Shown: positions 1 through 10,329, numbered from the stretch's first letter. The stretch is 64,000 nt of DNA from an uncultured Oscillospiraceae bacterium (GCA_964624445.1 CAZUXV010000002.1:3111-67110), one strand, 5' to 3'. Made by a program: numbers and translations. Notes: generated by a model from the letters alone, not told the origin.

Positions 1-361
1 AAACGCCGTCCAGGTCCGTGTCCGGGTTGCGTGGGTCTGTCGCGTACTTCAGTTCGTCCCCGTTTGAAAGACCATCGCTGTCAAAATCCTCTGACTGGTT
101 ATCCCTGACATAATCGATCATGTTTCGGATGCCTGTCTCATCCGGCTTGATCAGGAATACATTATTTTCCTTTGCGAGCGCGAGTGTTTCATCTGGCTTA
201 TATAAAAACGCGGGGATGTGTATAGCAAGAACAAGCAGGCCGAGCAGAACGATCAGCGCCCCGATGGTGATCAGTATGAATTTCCCGACAGAACGCGACG
301 ACCCGGTCTTGCTGTAATTCGGGATCTTGTTGCTTTTCTTTGCTCTGTTTAATGCGTCCAT
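1..361 (-). CDS. Membrane-anchored protein with DxDxDG calcium-binding-type repeats (truncated at window start)
   Basis: Own translation from ATG at 361 (RBS GGAGG): MDALNRAKK...FILITIGALIVLLGLLVLAIHI (TM)...DFDSDGLSNGDELKYATDPRNPDTDLDGV; frame open to position 1. Not in the ORF track. Confidence 0.75.
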   Translation of the reverse strand, partial: MDALNRAKKSNKIPNYSKTGSSRSVGKFILITIGALIVLLGLLVLAIHIPAFLYKPDETLALAKENNVFLIKPDETGIRNMIDYVRDNQSEDFDSDGLSNGDELKYATDPRNPDTDLDGV

Positions 362-427
362 AAGCTTCCTCCTGAAATAGTCCTTACATATATAATATTT
401 AATTTTCAGGTGATTTGGCGCAGCTAT

Positions 428-453
428 AAAAAACCGTCCCTCGAAAGGGACGG
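428..453 (-). terminator. Intrinsic terminator after recD2
   Basis: Stem CCGTCCCT/AGGGACGG with 4-nt loop, followed by a T run on the minus strand. Confidence 0.75.
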
Positions 454-464
454 CAAATATTGGC

Positions 465-2612
465 CTATAAAGCCTCCGGGTTCTGCAGCATATATGGCAA
501 CAGAGTTACGCGCCGGGTATTATCAATATTCCTGGCGCACTTGCCAATAGTGCTGCCCGATCCTGAAGAGATTAACGTACACGTTTTCTTCGCGCGTGTC
601 ACAGCTGTGTACAGCAGGTTTCTTCTTAGCATAACCGAAGGCTGCTCAGGCAGGAGAATGATCGCGTGGTCAAACTCACTTCCCTGCGACTTATGAATGC
701 TGATGCAGTACCCAAGTGACAGATCCTGCAGGTTATGCTTCTGCAGGTACACGGTTTTATCGGAGAGCTGTATTTCGATCTTGCTGTCTCCGATTTGCGT
801 GATCACGCCGATGTCTCCGTTAAAGTAGTTATCCTCGTAGCGATTCTGTGTGGTGATCACCTTATCGCCTTCCCGGAATTCGACGTTTCCGTAAGTCATG
901 GCTTTCATACCATGGACTCTCGGATTGATCATATTCTGGAGGATGCTGTTCGCGGCATTGATCCCGGCATCGCCTTTATGAGCGGTAGCCAGAATCTGGA
1001 CTCCGTAAACAGGATCATCCGTATGCTTCAGCGCCTCCTTTGCGACAGCCGTCATAACATCAACAATCGCCTTGTCGTCTTTAACCTCATGGATAATGAA
1101 GGTATCATCCACACGAAGATCAGACTCGCCTTTATTGATTTTGTTGGCGTTCACTACAATAGAGCTTTCGCCGGACTGCCTGAAAACAGTCTGAAGTCGG
1201 CAGACAGGGACAACATTACTCTGGATCAGATCCTTGAGAATATTCCCTGCTCCGACGGACGGCAGCTGATCGACGTCCCCGACAAACAGCACAAGGCTTT
1301 TTTCAGAGATTGCCATCAGAAGCCATGCGGCCATTTCAGCGTCAAGCATGGAGCTTTCGTCTATAATGACCATATCTCCGGGGAGCTGGTTTGTCCCGCG
1401 CTGGTTTCTTCCGATTCCGACCAGGCGATGGATCGTCATTGCGTCATGCCCGGTGGATTCAGTCATTCTCTGCGCGGCTCGGCCTGTCGGGCTTGCCATA
1501 ACAACATCGCTTAACGGGTACTTGCGGAGGTATGCGTTGAGCAGGCCTTTCAGGACGGTTGTTTTTCCCGTGCCAGGCCCGCCTGTAAGCACACCAAGCC
1601 CGGTGCAGCGGAGAAGCTTAAACGCAGCCTTTTGCGCATCGGCATATTGGATATGCTCCTTCTCCTCAACCGCTCGGATAGCGTTGTTCAGTTCATCAAC
1701 CGTGAAGAGTTCCCTTCTGTTTTCGAGCAAATGTCGGATACGCAGGGCAACTACTTCTTCGTTATGCAGGGTGTTTCCGAAGGACGCAAAGCCATCCCGT
1801 GACACAATAAAGTTGTTGTGCATCAGCGCTTTTTCTATCCGGTATCCGTCAATCGTGGCTCCTTCTATCTGGTAGATCGTTTCCTGTATCTCCCTTTTAA
1901 ACTGGTCTGTTGGCATACAGGTCGAGCCGCTTTTTTCAGTCCTGGACAGGATTGAAAGCCCAAGCGCACTTACCGTGTCATCGTCGTTGCTTGCCAGGCC
2001 CATGCTTTTGTTTACAGCAACTGCCGTGGCAAAGTCCATGCCAAGCTCCCGGACGCATACTTCCCTTGGGCGCCTCTTAAACAGAGACATCGCGAAATCC
2101 ATCTTTTCACGGACGAACTTACTGCACAGGTAATACTGAATCTTTCCGTCCGGTACCAGGCTTTGAAGCAGTTCCCTGAACTGACGTTCAAGGTGAGGGA
2201 TTCGGATCTTTCTGTCGATAAGCAGCTGCTCTTCAGTGTCGAGGCCGGAGAGCATACGCGCTGTAATATCGAAGAGGTCTTTCCCTTCCGCAACAAAATC
2301 AAGCAGGATTTTGATCGCTGAGAAGGAGAGCTTGCCGCCGTTCATCTCCAGCGAACGCAGGAAGCCTTCGATAGTGTTCCTGCTGAAGCCAATGCTTGTT
2401 TCCCGAAACGACTCAATCGAATAGAGATCTTTCCCTTTGTCAGGCTCATTGATCTCCGCTATAAAAGGGGTCCCGTCCGCATATTCGGAAAGAACGCCTT
2501 TAAGCGTGATAAGATCCGATTCGTTTTTACGAACTATCACATAACTGAAGCCGGACATATTATTCCGGAACGTCGTCTTTATGATAGTCCCCTTTATCTT
2601 TTCCATGGGCAC
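465..2612 (-). CDS. recD2: RecD2-like SF1B DNA helicase
   Basis: Walker A LTGGPGTGKTT, ASPTGRAA, TIHRL, IIDESSM, VGDVDQLPSVGAG, FRQ, FNGDIG, SIHKSQGSEF, LLYTAVTRAK; RecD2-type N-terminus. The start may be the ATG at 2606. Confidence 0.92.
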   Translation of the reverse strand: MPMEKIKGTIIKTTFRNNMSGFSYVIVRKNESDLITLKGVLSEYADGTPFIAEINEPDKGKDLYSIESFRETSIGFSRNTIEGFLRSLEMNGGKLSFSAIKILLDFVAEGKDLFDITARMLSGLDTEEQLLIDRKIRIPHLERQFRELLQSLVPDGKIQYYLCSKFVREKMDFAMSLFKRRPREVCVRELGMDFATAVAVNKSMGLASNDDDTVSALGLSILSRTEKSGSTCMPTDQFKREIQETIYQIEGATIDGYRIEKALMHNNFIVSRDGFASFGNTLHNEEVVALRIRHLLENRRELFTVDELNNAIRAVEEKEHIQYADAQKAAFKLLRCTGLGVLTGGPGTGKTTVLKGLLNAYLRKYPLSDVVMASPTGRAAQRMTESTGHDAMTIHRLVGIGRNQRGTNQLPGDMVIIDESSMLDAEMAAWLLMAISEKSLVLFVGDVDQLPSVGAGNILKDLIQSNVVPVCRLQTVFRQSGESSIVVNANKINKGESDLRVDDTFIIHEVKDDKAIVDVMTAVAKEALKHTDDPVYGVQILATAHKGDAGINAANSILQNMINPRVHGMKAMTYGNVEFREGDKVITTQNRYEDNYFNGDIGVITQIGDSKIEIQLSDKTVYLQKHNLQDLSLGYCISIHKSQGSEFDHAIILLPEQPSVMLRRNLLYTAVTRAKKTCTLISSGSGSTIGKCARNIDNTRRVTLLPYMLQNPEAL

Positions 2613-3315
2613 TCCTCCTGATTAAATACTTAAGGATTATTTCCGCAATCTCCCGGGCTTCTTGCATGGCTTGCGTGATATTGCTTACCCAAAGCTGAAA
2701 ATCCGGGCCGGACACAGGGTTTCCGCGTGAAACAAAGGCAAGCTCATCGTTCAGACGTCTTGTGTATTCAGCATCCCGCTCTTTTGCTTTCCTTAGAATG
2801 AGATCACAGTAACCTTCTGGATCATTCTTCCGGAGATCATTAAGCGGGTTGACTGTGCGCTCTTTCTTTGTTTGCGGATCTTCCACAGTGATGTATTCAT
2901 CACTGAGCCCGAGAAACCTAAGCTGTTTCTCTGTCAATGATGGCGGATAATAAACCCTTTGCTTTTTCTTTTCTTCCGAGACGAGTTCGCCGCAGCCGCT
3001 GATTTCTGCCACTTCCTTGATGGCTTCAATCGACTTGCGCTTATCGCTCAGGCTCCAGCCATGATGAAGCATGACCAGGTCAAATATGGTTCCTCCTCTT
3101 GCACAAGCAAAGCAGTAAAACATTTTCTTTTCCGTATCCAGACTGCAGTTGCCAAACTTATGGTCATCATGGTCTGGGAACGGACAAAGCATCTGTATTT
3201 TTCTGCCTTGCCGTCTGCCTAAACGGATTTCAACAGCGCCCGGAGTGCTTTCCAGTACACTGCAAACCTGTTCAGCGTCACAAAGGGACAGTATCTGGTC
3301 TCTCTGAATATCCAT
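2560..3315 (-). CDS. CHC2 zinc-finger (primase zinc-binding domain) protein with no TOPRIM domain
   Basis: CPFPDHDDH...FYCFAC..GGTIFDLVM...AIKEVA matches the DnaG zinc-binding domain; the remainder is helical. Confidence 0.8.
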   Translation of the reverse strand: MDIQRDQILSLCDAEQVCSVLESTPGAVEIRLGRRQGRKIQMLCPFPDHDDHKFGNCSLDTEKKMFYCFACARGGTIFDLVMLHHGWSLSDKRKSIEAIKEVAEISGCGELVSEEKKKQRVYYPPSLTEKQLRFLGLSDEYITVEDPQTKKERTVNPLNDLRKNDPEGYCDLILRKAKERDAEYTRRLNDELAFVSRGNPVSGPDFQLWVSNITQAMQEAREIAEIILKYLIRRSAHGKDKGDYHKDDVPE

Positions 3316-3471
3316 AGAGCATTCCTCCTTTTCTTTTTACTTTTACGTCTGAACAAACCTGTACTTCTATCATGCTTGATTTGTTTTTTCTCTGGCGGTT
3401 AATTCATTCCAAAGAAACATTGCATAGCATGAATTTATTTTACTACCCTCCGTAGCTTGACTCTTATAAAC

Positions 3472-3502
3472 AAGAAAATTCCTCCGCCTTTCAGCGGAGG
3501 AA
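3472..3502 (-). terminator. Intrinsic terminator
   Basis: TTCCTCCGC/GCGGAGGAA stem followed by a T-rich tail on the minus strand. Confidence 0.65.
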
Positions 3503-3518
3503 GGACAGCCTCACGGGA

Positions 3519-4457
3519 TCATTCAATCGTTTCGAGGACTTCTTCAAGGTTTTCTGCCGGTGCGCTTTCCGTAGCGACCAGGCTTTCTTCAGATACGCCG
3601 GGATCCTTGGAGATGCTGGCCAGATCCGATTCAGCAGTAGACCGCACAACGGCATGGACACGTCTGCGGCGGCGATTCGGATTACTCCTGCGAACAGGAA
3701 CCGGCACATCGAGTGCTTTCATCTCGCCGTTTTCGTCTTCATACATCAGCGCGAAGCATTTCCATTCATTGATTTCCTTGCCGGCCTTTTTGTCGATGCG
3801 CTGGCGGATCTGGCAGACCGCGCCGATACGCTTGCCTACCCCGAACTTATCTGCATTGCGGTTGTATGCCACAAGCAGCGGTCCGCCGATATTGAAGGTA
3901 GGATGCGCGTTTATATCCTTGCCTTCAAAGCGTGTCCGGGAAACGACGTTCAGCAGCGTGAAATAATCATTGACCTTGTAAACACTCTTCAGGGTTCCGA
4001 CAAAGAATCCTTCATTGCGATCCGTCTCGAAATCACCGAATCCGGAAAGCCCGCCCGGAGCGGACTTCTCTGCGGACACACCGTAGAAGAAACTTCCGCG
4101 GCTCAGTTCAGTCTGGTAAGTGCGGAGCTGCGCCCTGATCTCCAGATGATCGCCCACCTCAATGCCTGCCAGCTTCTTACGGGCGCGATCATTATCGCCC
4201 CAATAGATCGTTACGAGGCCGGACGATTTGTAATCCTGGATCACAGTAGGCAGAGTAGTAATTACCGTCGCGTTCTGCACACGGTCCTCCGCGTCCAGTT
4301 CCTGACTGATCGCACGGACTACTCCCCTGAAGTAAATCTGGTTGACGTCTTTCCTGCTTTCGGGTTCTTTCGTTTCTTCCTTATTTTCAGTTTCCTCTGC
4401 CGCCACGGGTTCCGCGGCGATTTCCTCAGTGGCGTTTACCTTTTCCGGGTTTTCCAT
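3519..4457 (-). CDS. Tandem OB-fold SSB-like protein
   Basis: Two SSB-like starts (VNQIYFRGVV, RNEGFFVGTL), GDHLEIRAQLRTY strand and acidic termini; start placed at ATG 4457 because of RBS GGAGG. Confidence 0.55.
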   Translation of the reverse strand: MENPEKVNATEEIAAEPVAAEETENKEETKEPESRKDVNQIYFRGVVRAISQELDAEDRVQNATVITTLPTVIQDYKSSGLVTIYWGDNDRARKKLAGIEVGDHLEIRAQLRTYQTELSRGSFFYGVSAEKSAPGGLSGFGDFETDRNEGFFVGTLKSVYKVNDYFTLLNVVSRTRFEGKDINAHPTFNIGGPLLVAYNRNADKFGVGKRIGAVCQIRQRIDKKAGKEINEWKCFALMYEDENGEMKALDVPVPVRRSNPNRRRRRVHAVVRSTAESDLASISKDPGVSEESLVATESAPAENLEEVLETIE

Positions 4458-4532
4458 AAACAAATTCCTCCTTTTATAATATTGAGCAGGCTTCAAAAGT
4501 AATAATATGTGGTTTACTTCCAAAAAATCGTG

Positions 4533-4563
4533 AAAAAAAATCCAGACAGCGAACTGTCTGGAT
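4533..4563 (-). terminator. Intrinsic terminator
   Basis: TCCAGACAG-CGAA-CTGTCTGGA hairpin with a T8 run on the minus strand. Confidence 0.75.
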
Positions 4564-4578
4564 AAAATTGATCATGCC

Positions 4579-6399
4579 TTATGCCAGTTCAAGGACCTTG
4601 AAGTCCGTTCTGGCGGAGGCAAACTTGTTGATCACCGTCATGGTGTCCGTATGGTTGACACCGGACAGGATCACATTGGCAAACTTGGATTCGTATGCCG
4701 GGCTTGTGATAAGCGTCAGCACTTTTTCCAGGTTTCCGGCGTCCAGGCAATCGATATTGTCCAGGACGATAAAGGGAAGACCGCAGATCGAATTGATCAG
4801 CGTGTTCAACAGCAGGTGCGCGATAAAGCGCTCGCCGGTACTCATATCCTTTACAGGAATCATTCCGGGGTCACCGATTTTCTTGCCGTAGAGAGTCATG
4901 CCGGTTTCGGAAAGCCGGAATTCGTATTCTCTTCCGGAAGAAAGCTCTGTCGCGATGGTATTCATCTGCTTATTCAGCAATCCGCATACCCTGTCAAGGA
5001 TATAGTTGTAGGCTTCACCCTTCGGGGCAAGCCTCTTGCGAAGCCGTTCAACAACAGCACGCTCGCTTTCCAGCGCTTTGGCGCGTTCCTTCAGCTTGGC
5101 AGCCTCTTCCACGCGGCTTGCACTGCTGATTTCATCGGAGATCTTCCGCAGATCTTCACGGAGGATTTCTTCAGAGCCAACAGTTTTGGCTTCAGGCGGC
5201 ATCGGGGGTTCGAGACGCTCCGCACAAAGCTGGCGGAGGCGTTCTTCATCCTGGGCGAACTTCATCAGTTCACGCTCCCGGGCACGCAGTTCTTGCACAC
5301 GCTTTTCAGACTGCTCCAGCTGAGTCCGTAAAACGGTCAGCTTCTCGCGGCGCATATTGATCATGCTGGTATTGTCACGAATGACTTTTTCCTGCATGGC
5401 AATCGCGGAGCTCTTGTCTGTGGTGCATACCAGTTCCTTACTGAAAGGGCATACAGAAGACCGGAGTGCGTCCAGAGTCTTCTGGCACGTCTCAACAGTC
5501 TGTTCCATTGTTGCGATCAGCTTGGTCTCTTCAGTAATCTTGCCGTTGAGCTGGCTGATAGACTGGTAAGCAACCTCGATTTCGCCTTCGGGAACAGCGG
5601 CAGGCTTTGCAGAGAGCGTTTCTTTCAGAGCTTTGATCTCGGAAAGGCGCTTTTCAAACCGGGCTTTTGCTTCCTCATAGTCTTTCTGAGCCTTCTCATA
5701 GTCCTGAATTTCCTTCAGGCTTGAGATAATCTCGTTCTGACGTTTTTTCAGAAGCTCAACAGGCCTTCCGCTGGAAGAGCCCAGCATCACTTCGGCTTTT
5801 GTGTTCGTTGCATCAATATCCCGGTTCAGTTCAGTGAATTGTCCGGACAGAGTCTTGAACAACGCCGCGATTACAGCGAAGTCGATTTCCTTTTCGGCAC
5901 AGATGCCCCGCAGGACTTTCTCCTCTTCGGGAGTAATCTTGAGCCCTGTGATCAGGTCGTCAAGCGTAGCGCCTTTCGGGAGTACGCTTCCGATGAGCTT
6001 GGAGAACTTTTCGGGCTCCAGATCCAGCGCGTACTGTCCGTCACGGAAAAGGATTTCCGCGATCTCAGGAGAAAGGTGCAATACCTTTCCGCGGGACTCA
6101 CTGACATCCTTTTTGGCGAACTTCTTCCCATTCAGATAATGGGCGGTCGTTTTTTCGGAAGCAACGGTCTTGATCTCAGTGCCGTCGTCGAGCTTGACAA
6201 GCGCAACAGCGTCTGTCATTCCCGTATTGATACAGGATTCCGGAACGGTTCCGAGCATAGCGGAACGAACCGCATGGAGCACAGTGCTTTTACCGGAGGC
6301 ATTGTTGCCTACCAGAACTGTGTTCTTGGACAGGTCATAATCCACAGGCCCTTTCGCGCCGCGGAAACCTTGCATGGTCAGATGAACGATACTGCTCAT
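4579..6399 (-). CDS. Rad50/SbcC-like SMC-family ATPase
   Basis: N-terminal QGFRG, Walker A GNNASGKST, coiled coils around a CPFSKELVC hook, signature MSTGE, Walker B IVLDNIDCLD. Confidence 0.85.
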   Translation of the reverse strand: MSSIVHLTMQGFRGAKGPVDYDLSKNTVLVGNNASGKSTVLHAVRSAMLGTVPESCINTGMTDAVALVKLDDGTEIKTVASEKTTAHYLNGKKFAKKDVSESRGKVLHLSPEIAEILFRDGQYALDLEPEKFSKLIGSVLPKGATLDDLITGLKITPEEEKVLRGICAEKEIDFAVIAALFKTLSGQFTELNRDIDATNTKAEVMLGSSSGRPVELLKKRQNEIISSLKEIQDYEKAQKDYEEAKARFEKRLSEIKALKETLSAKPAAVPEGEIEVAYQSISQLNGKITEETKLIATMEQTVETCQKTLDALRSSVCPFSKELVCTTDKSSAIAMQEKVIRDNTSMINMRREKLTVLRTQLEQSEKRVQELRARERELMKFAQDEERLRQLCAERLEPPMPPEAKTVGSEEILREDLRKISDEISSASRVEEAAKLKERAKALESERAVVERLRKRLAPKGEAYNYILDRVCGLLNKQMNTIATELSSGREYEFRLSETGMTLYGKKIGDPGMIPVKDMSTGERFIAHLLLNTLINSICGLPFIVLDNIDCLDAGNLEKVLTLITSPAYESKFANVILSGVNHTDTMTVINKFASARTDFKVLELA

Positions 6400-6416
6400 A
6401 ATGATTCCTCCTTTTT

Positions 6417-7367
6417 TTATGCATCAAACTCATGCTCCGAGTTCTTTTCCGGCAATTTCCGAAATTTTTTCAGTTCGGAAAAACTGGAACAGCGTGCAAA
6501 CTTCAGCGCGCTTTCCTCGAAGCGTTTCATATCAACAGCGGAAAGATCTACTTCATCGCTCATCCATTTGGACGAGTAATGATTGTACTCGATTTTTCCT
6601 GATGACGTCAGGAACACTGTGGCCGGCTGGTAGTGGTTGTATCCCTGCCAATACCAGACCGCGACGATATACGGAACGAACCTTTTCCCAAGAAGTTTCG
6701 CGTCCATGCAAGCCCTCAGCGCTTCGTACAACACCCTCAACGCGACAACGTCGTAGGTTGAGTTGTGATAGTCGTACTCGCCTTCGCACAGGTAATCTAC
6801 GGTGCCTTGGAGGTGCAGAAGCTCAATCATGGCTTTCAGTTTCCTGCTGCTTGCTTCGGGGTAGAGATATCTCGAAACAGCGAGAGTGTCAATCACTTCC
6901 GCGGGTTCGAATCTGTCACCCATACGGTCGTACATCCGGCTCATCATTTTTACATCGAAAGGCGCGTTATGCGCGATGACGATGTAATTGCCGAAGAAAT
7001 CACGGATTCTGGAGTGAACTTCTGCCCAGGAAGGTTTATCCTGAAGAAACTCATCTGTGATTCCGGTTTCTTTTGCAGCGTCAGGAGAAACAGTAACGGA
7101 CGGTTTCACATACTGTTCCATGGAACCGATCAGGCGGAGGCTCAGATCAGGTTCGACAATATACTTTTGAGCCGACACTTCTGTCGGCTCATCCAGTATA
7201 CGTTTCTCTGTCAGCGGATCCTTCCGCTTATCGAGCCCAGTTGTTTCTGTATCAAAAAAGATCAGAACCATACCGGGAACATGAAACAGGAGGAGCTTGT
7301 CGGTTTCACCGGCAAGCCCGCCTCCCATATTGTACTTTCTGTTGGGGGGACTGATGTTATTGGCCAT
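6417..7367 (-). CDS. DEDDh 3'-5' exonuclease (DnaQ/PolC-epsilon-like)
   Basis: ExoI FFDTETTGL, TGIT, ExoII IAHNAPFD, IDTL, ExoIII HNSTYDV. Confidence 0.9.
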   Translation of the reverse strand: MANNISPPNRKYNMGGGLAGETDKLLLFHVPGMVLIFFDTETTGLDKRKDPLTEKRILDEPTEVSAQKYIVEPDLSLRLIGSMEQYVKPSVTVSPDAAKETGITDEFLQDKPSWAEVHSRIRDFFGNYIVIAHNAPFDVKMMSRMYDRMGDRFEPAEVIDTLAVSRYLYPEASSRKLKAMIELLHLQGTVDYLCEGEYDYHNSTYDVVALRVLYEALRACMDAKLLGKRFVPYIVAVWYWQGYNHYQPATVFLTSSGKIEYNHYSSKWMSDEVDLSAVDMKRFEESALKFARCSSFSELKKFRKLPEKNSEHEFDA

Positions 7368-7379
7368 ACTTATTCCTCC

Positions 7380-8384
7380 TTATTTCACTCCCACAAAGAA
7401 CTTGCCTGTGGGATACAACTGAATCAGACCATTCTTATTCAGATAAGAGATCAGGCACTTCCATGCGGGAAGCCTGTCTGACTGGAAAGGTCTGTACTTA
7501 ACAAATGCCTGAATCGCTCTGCACGCTTCAGGATCCTTGCTTCTGACCAGGTCGATCATTTCACTTACCGGCCTGCCATTGAACGGACAGTTCGACAGAC
7601 CATGAAATTCAGACTTCAGAAGGTTGTCATACTCCTGGTCTGTATACTGTGTTCTTGCAGCAGCAAGCCTGTCTTCCTTGAACTCTTTATCCGGATTGCT
7701 TTTTGCAGAAGCTTTTTCAGCAACCGGCTGGGGTTCAGGAAGCGTTGCTGCGGTTGTAACAGTGGCAGCAGAAGCGCGTTCGCCGGTCGGCGCCTTTTCC
7801 GCGGGAGGCGGAAGCGGCACTTTCGCGGGCGTGTTAAACCATGTCGGAGAATCGGATGCGCGAGGCGTTACAGGCGCGGAGGGCTTGCTTTCCTCACAGG
7901 TCGTAGGCCTGTCAAGGAGATCCGCCTCCGTTCTTACAATGCCATCGGACATCTCATCCAGGTTCAGGTTGAGATACCAGAACATAACCCGGCAGAAAGC
8001 GCGGTTCCCAGCCGTTGTAGCAGGATAGTTCCGGCTGATGTCGGTAAAGCAGTTGTCGAGCGAGGCTTCCCCGATCTCTTCGATATGGGTATCGCCTTTG
8101 GTCAGAGTACACTTCACGATTACCCCGTTTTTGATACCGGGAGAAATCTCAAAGGAGACATGGCCTCCGTTATTCATGAGATTCTTCGCGTACCACTTTT
8201 TAAGGGATGCATACGTGATAATGGTTTCCTGATGCTCGCCAATCTTTTTACCAGAGTCATCCGTATCGTCTACGACGACTGTATATACCTCCAGTTCAAC
8301 CGGGCCTGGAATAAGGGGATTATCCGACTTGAACTCCATCGGAGTGGCGGTCTGCCACTCCGGCTTATACGTTGAAATGCCCAT
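7380..8384 (-). CDS. Hypothetical protein, possibly a Rad52/Sak-like ssDNA annealing protein
   Basis: VIVKCTLT...EEIGEA...YPATTAGNRAFCR resembles the strand-strand-helix core of Rad52-like annealases; Pro/Ala linker; recombination-gene context. Confidence 0.4.
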   Translation of the reverse strand: MGISTYKPEWQTATPMEFKSDNPLIPGPVELEVYTVVVDDTDDSGKKIGEHQETIITYASLKKWYAKNLMNNGGHVSFEISPGIKNGVIVKCTLTKGDTHIEEIGEASLDNCFTDISRNYPATTAGNRAFCRVMFWYLNLNLDEMSDGIVRTEADLLDRPTTCEESKPSAPVTPRASDSPTWFNTPAKVPLPPPAEKAPTGERASAATVTTAATLPEPQPVAEKASAKSNPDKEFKEDRLAAARTQYTDQEYDNLLKSEFHGLSNCPFNGRPVSEMIDLVRSKDPEACRAIQAFVKYRPFQSDRLPAWKCLISYLNKNGLIQLYPTGKFFVGVK

Positions 8385-8396
8385 ACGGGTTCCTCC

Positions 8397-9830
8397 TTAC
8401 ACAGCAGCCGGGACAGCGGCCTTGATTTCGATGCTCTGGTATTCCTCAACAGGGAAAACAGAGAGGATAACATGCTGGCCAAGGGCCTCTCTCTGGCTTT
8501 CCGTGATCGGCAGGTCTTCGTTCATGGGGGAGAACAGAACCGCATAAACGGTTTCGAACACCCTCTGGACAGGAGGCAGCATCGCGGACAAAGAATCCAC
8601 GATCTTCTCCTCCAGATCCTGCGAGATGATAGCTCCGGCATGGCGCTGAAGCTTCATTGCCTTAAAGGCAATCCGCACAGTTTCTTTTGTCGGGGCTTCT
8701 CCGGTGTGGAAAGCAAGCTGATTGAGTTTTTCAGGGACGGACTTATAGGTTTCGTGAAGGTTCTTGGTAATGCGCTTGACAAGCGCGTCAATATCAGCCT
8801 TCCCGAAGTGCCTGGTAAGTTCGTACCGGGACTCGTTATCGCTAACAGGGAGATCCAGAGCAATTTCGACTCCGGAATGCTCAAGCACATAGCATCTCGA
8901 ACAATTCAAAGAGCTGCGCCCGCAGTCCGAAGTTTTAATCCTCAAGGCAGGAGCTACTTTGTATGGGAGTTTGAAAGATCTCGAAAACTCTTCCGTGACA
9001 GTATTGAATGTCACATAGGCTTCCGTCATAAAGTGCCCCACGCTCCAGTGATGGAGAGTGGGCTCACCCAGCCCATGGCTTTCAGGGGTTTTTCCCGTCA
9101 AATCTTCGTCCTCTTTTTTGTCTTTGGGCTTGAGACCTTCGATACAGCGGAGCACATTCTCCTGCTCAATCGGCGTATACCGGTCGCTGCGGAAAGAGAA
9201 GATCTTTCTGACGGATTTTTCACTCTCATCTTCCTTCAGCATGACCATTGTCAGGCCGAACTTCTTGTTTACGGCATATGCAGAGGGAACCTTGCGCTTC
9301 ATAGAGGCAGAGTCCTTCTGGCTGTTACCGTTTTTGATTGCCTCAAATTTACCAGTTACAGGATCCTGATAAATCTTGTCGTACTGGTTAACAGCAGCCT
9401 CGCAAACATACTCCATAAGGAGCGGGCTCTTGTAGTCTGTTGCTTTTCCATGCAAGCCGACCCTCACGAGAAGATCGTCGAGGGCGTCTTTGGAAACAGG
9501 GATGTACTTGAACTTTTCGCGATCTTCAGGATCCTTGCACACAAAGAACACGCCGACATCAATGCTTTCCGCGCGGAGTTCCGGCGGAATGTCCTTGATC
9601 TCATCTGCGAAGACTCTCTGGTAGAGAGCCTGATAGTGGTTCCTTTCCGGCGGGATCAGCACACCCGTTCCGAGGGTAGGCGTGTACTTGTCCAGCACAA
9701 AGAACCGCAGATCTTCAGGCTGAATCCTTTCATATACCCTGCGCTTATCAATATCGGTAAGCGCCGCTTCCAGACTTTTGAAGTCCGTTCCAGTGATGAT
9801 GCTGTTGTCAACTAAACTTAGTTTTTCCAT
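8397..9830 (-). CDS. Hypothetical protein, DUF932-like
   Basis: FRSDRYTPIEQENV and LRIKTSDCGRSSL resemble the two conserved blocks of the plasmid/phage DUF932 family. Confidence 0.4.
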   Translation of the reverse strand: MEKLSLVDNSIITGTDFKSLEAALTDIDKRRVYERIQPEDLRFFVLDKYTPTLGTGVLIPPERNHYQALYQRVFADEIKDIPPELRAESIDVGVFFVCKDPEDREKFKYIPVSKDALDDLLVRVGLHGKATDYKSPLLMEYVCEAAVNQYDKIYQDPVTGKFEAIKNGNSQKDSASMKRKVPSAYAVNKKFGLTMVMLKEDESEKSVRKIFSFRSDRYTPIEQENVLRCIEGLKPKDKKEDEDLTGKTPESHGLGEPTLHHWSVGHFMTEAYVTFNTVTEEFSRSFKLPYKVAPALRIKTSDCGRSSLNCSRCYVLEHSGVEIALDLPVSDNESRYELTRHFGKADIDALVKRITKNLHETYKSVPEKLNQLAFHTGEAPTKETVRIAFKAMKLQRHAGAIISQDLEEKIVDSLSAMLPPVQRVFETVYAVLFSPMNEDLPITESQREALGQHVILSVFPVEEYQSIEIKAAVPAAV

Positions 9831-9907
9831 AACCGATTCCTCCTTAAAAAATCATAAAAAATAAAGCACTGATTCAGCGCTTTTTAACGGTAGGGCTGGA
9901 TATTCGC

Positions 9908-10201
9908 TTAGTACCTTTCAAGAAGTTTCTCGAAAGGCGTCTGCGTTTCTCCGTCCTGGTAATCAGGGTCATCCTTGTACTTGTTGACCCAGGAAAAATA
10001 TTTGGCCTGCTGACGAGCGTCTTCAGACCAGGGTTCCGGTGGGTTCCAGTCTTCTTTGGCAGAGCACTTGCCATTGAGAATATCAGCGAGTTTCTTCGCT
10101 AGACTTTCTTCAAGCAAGCCCCCCCTAACCATGTCTGTCAGTTCAAGAATGAACCGAAATGGTTTTGTGTCTGTGAACGAACCTAAACCATTCATAAGCA
10201 T
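9908..10201 (-). CDS. Hypothetical protein
   Basis: 97-aa ORF with RBS AAGGAGG, co-oriented with neighbours. Confidence 0.65.
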   Translation of the reverse strand: MLMNGLGSFTDTKPFRFILELTDMVRGGLLEESLAKKLADILNGKCSAKEDWNPPEPWSEDARQQAKYFSWVNKYKDDPDYQDGETQTPFEKLLERY

Positions 10202-10329
10202 TCCTCCTTATACAATTTGACTGTATCGTCCAAAATGGTTCTGCAAATAGATTACTTTTTTTCTTTTCCGGCAAACAAAAATCAGCGCTGTGTTTCAGCG
10301 CTGATCATAAAGCACCTGTTTTTGTAATT

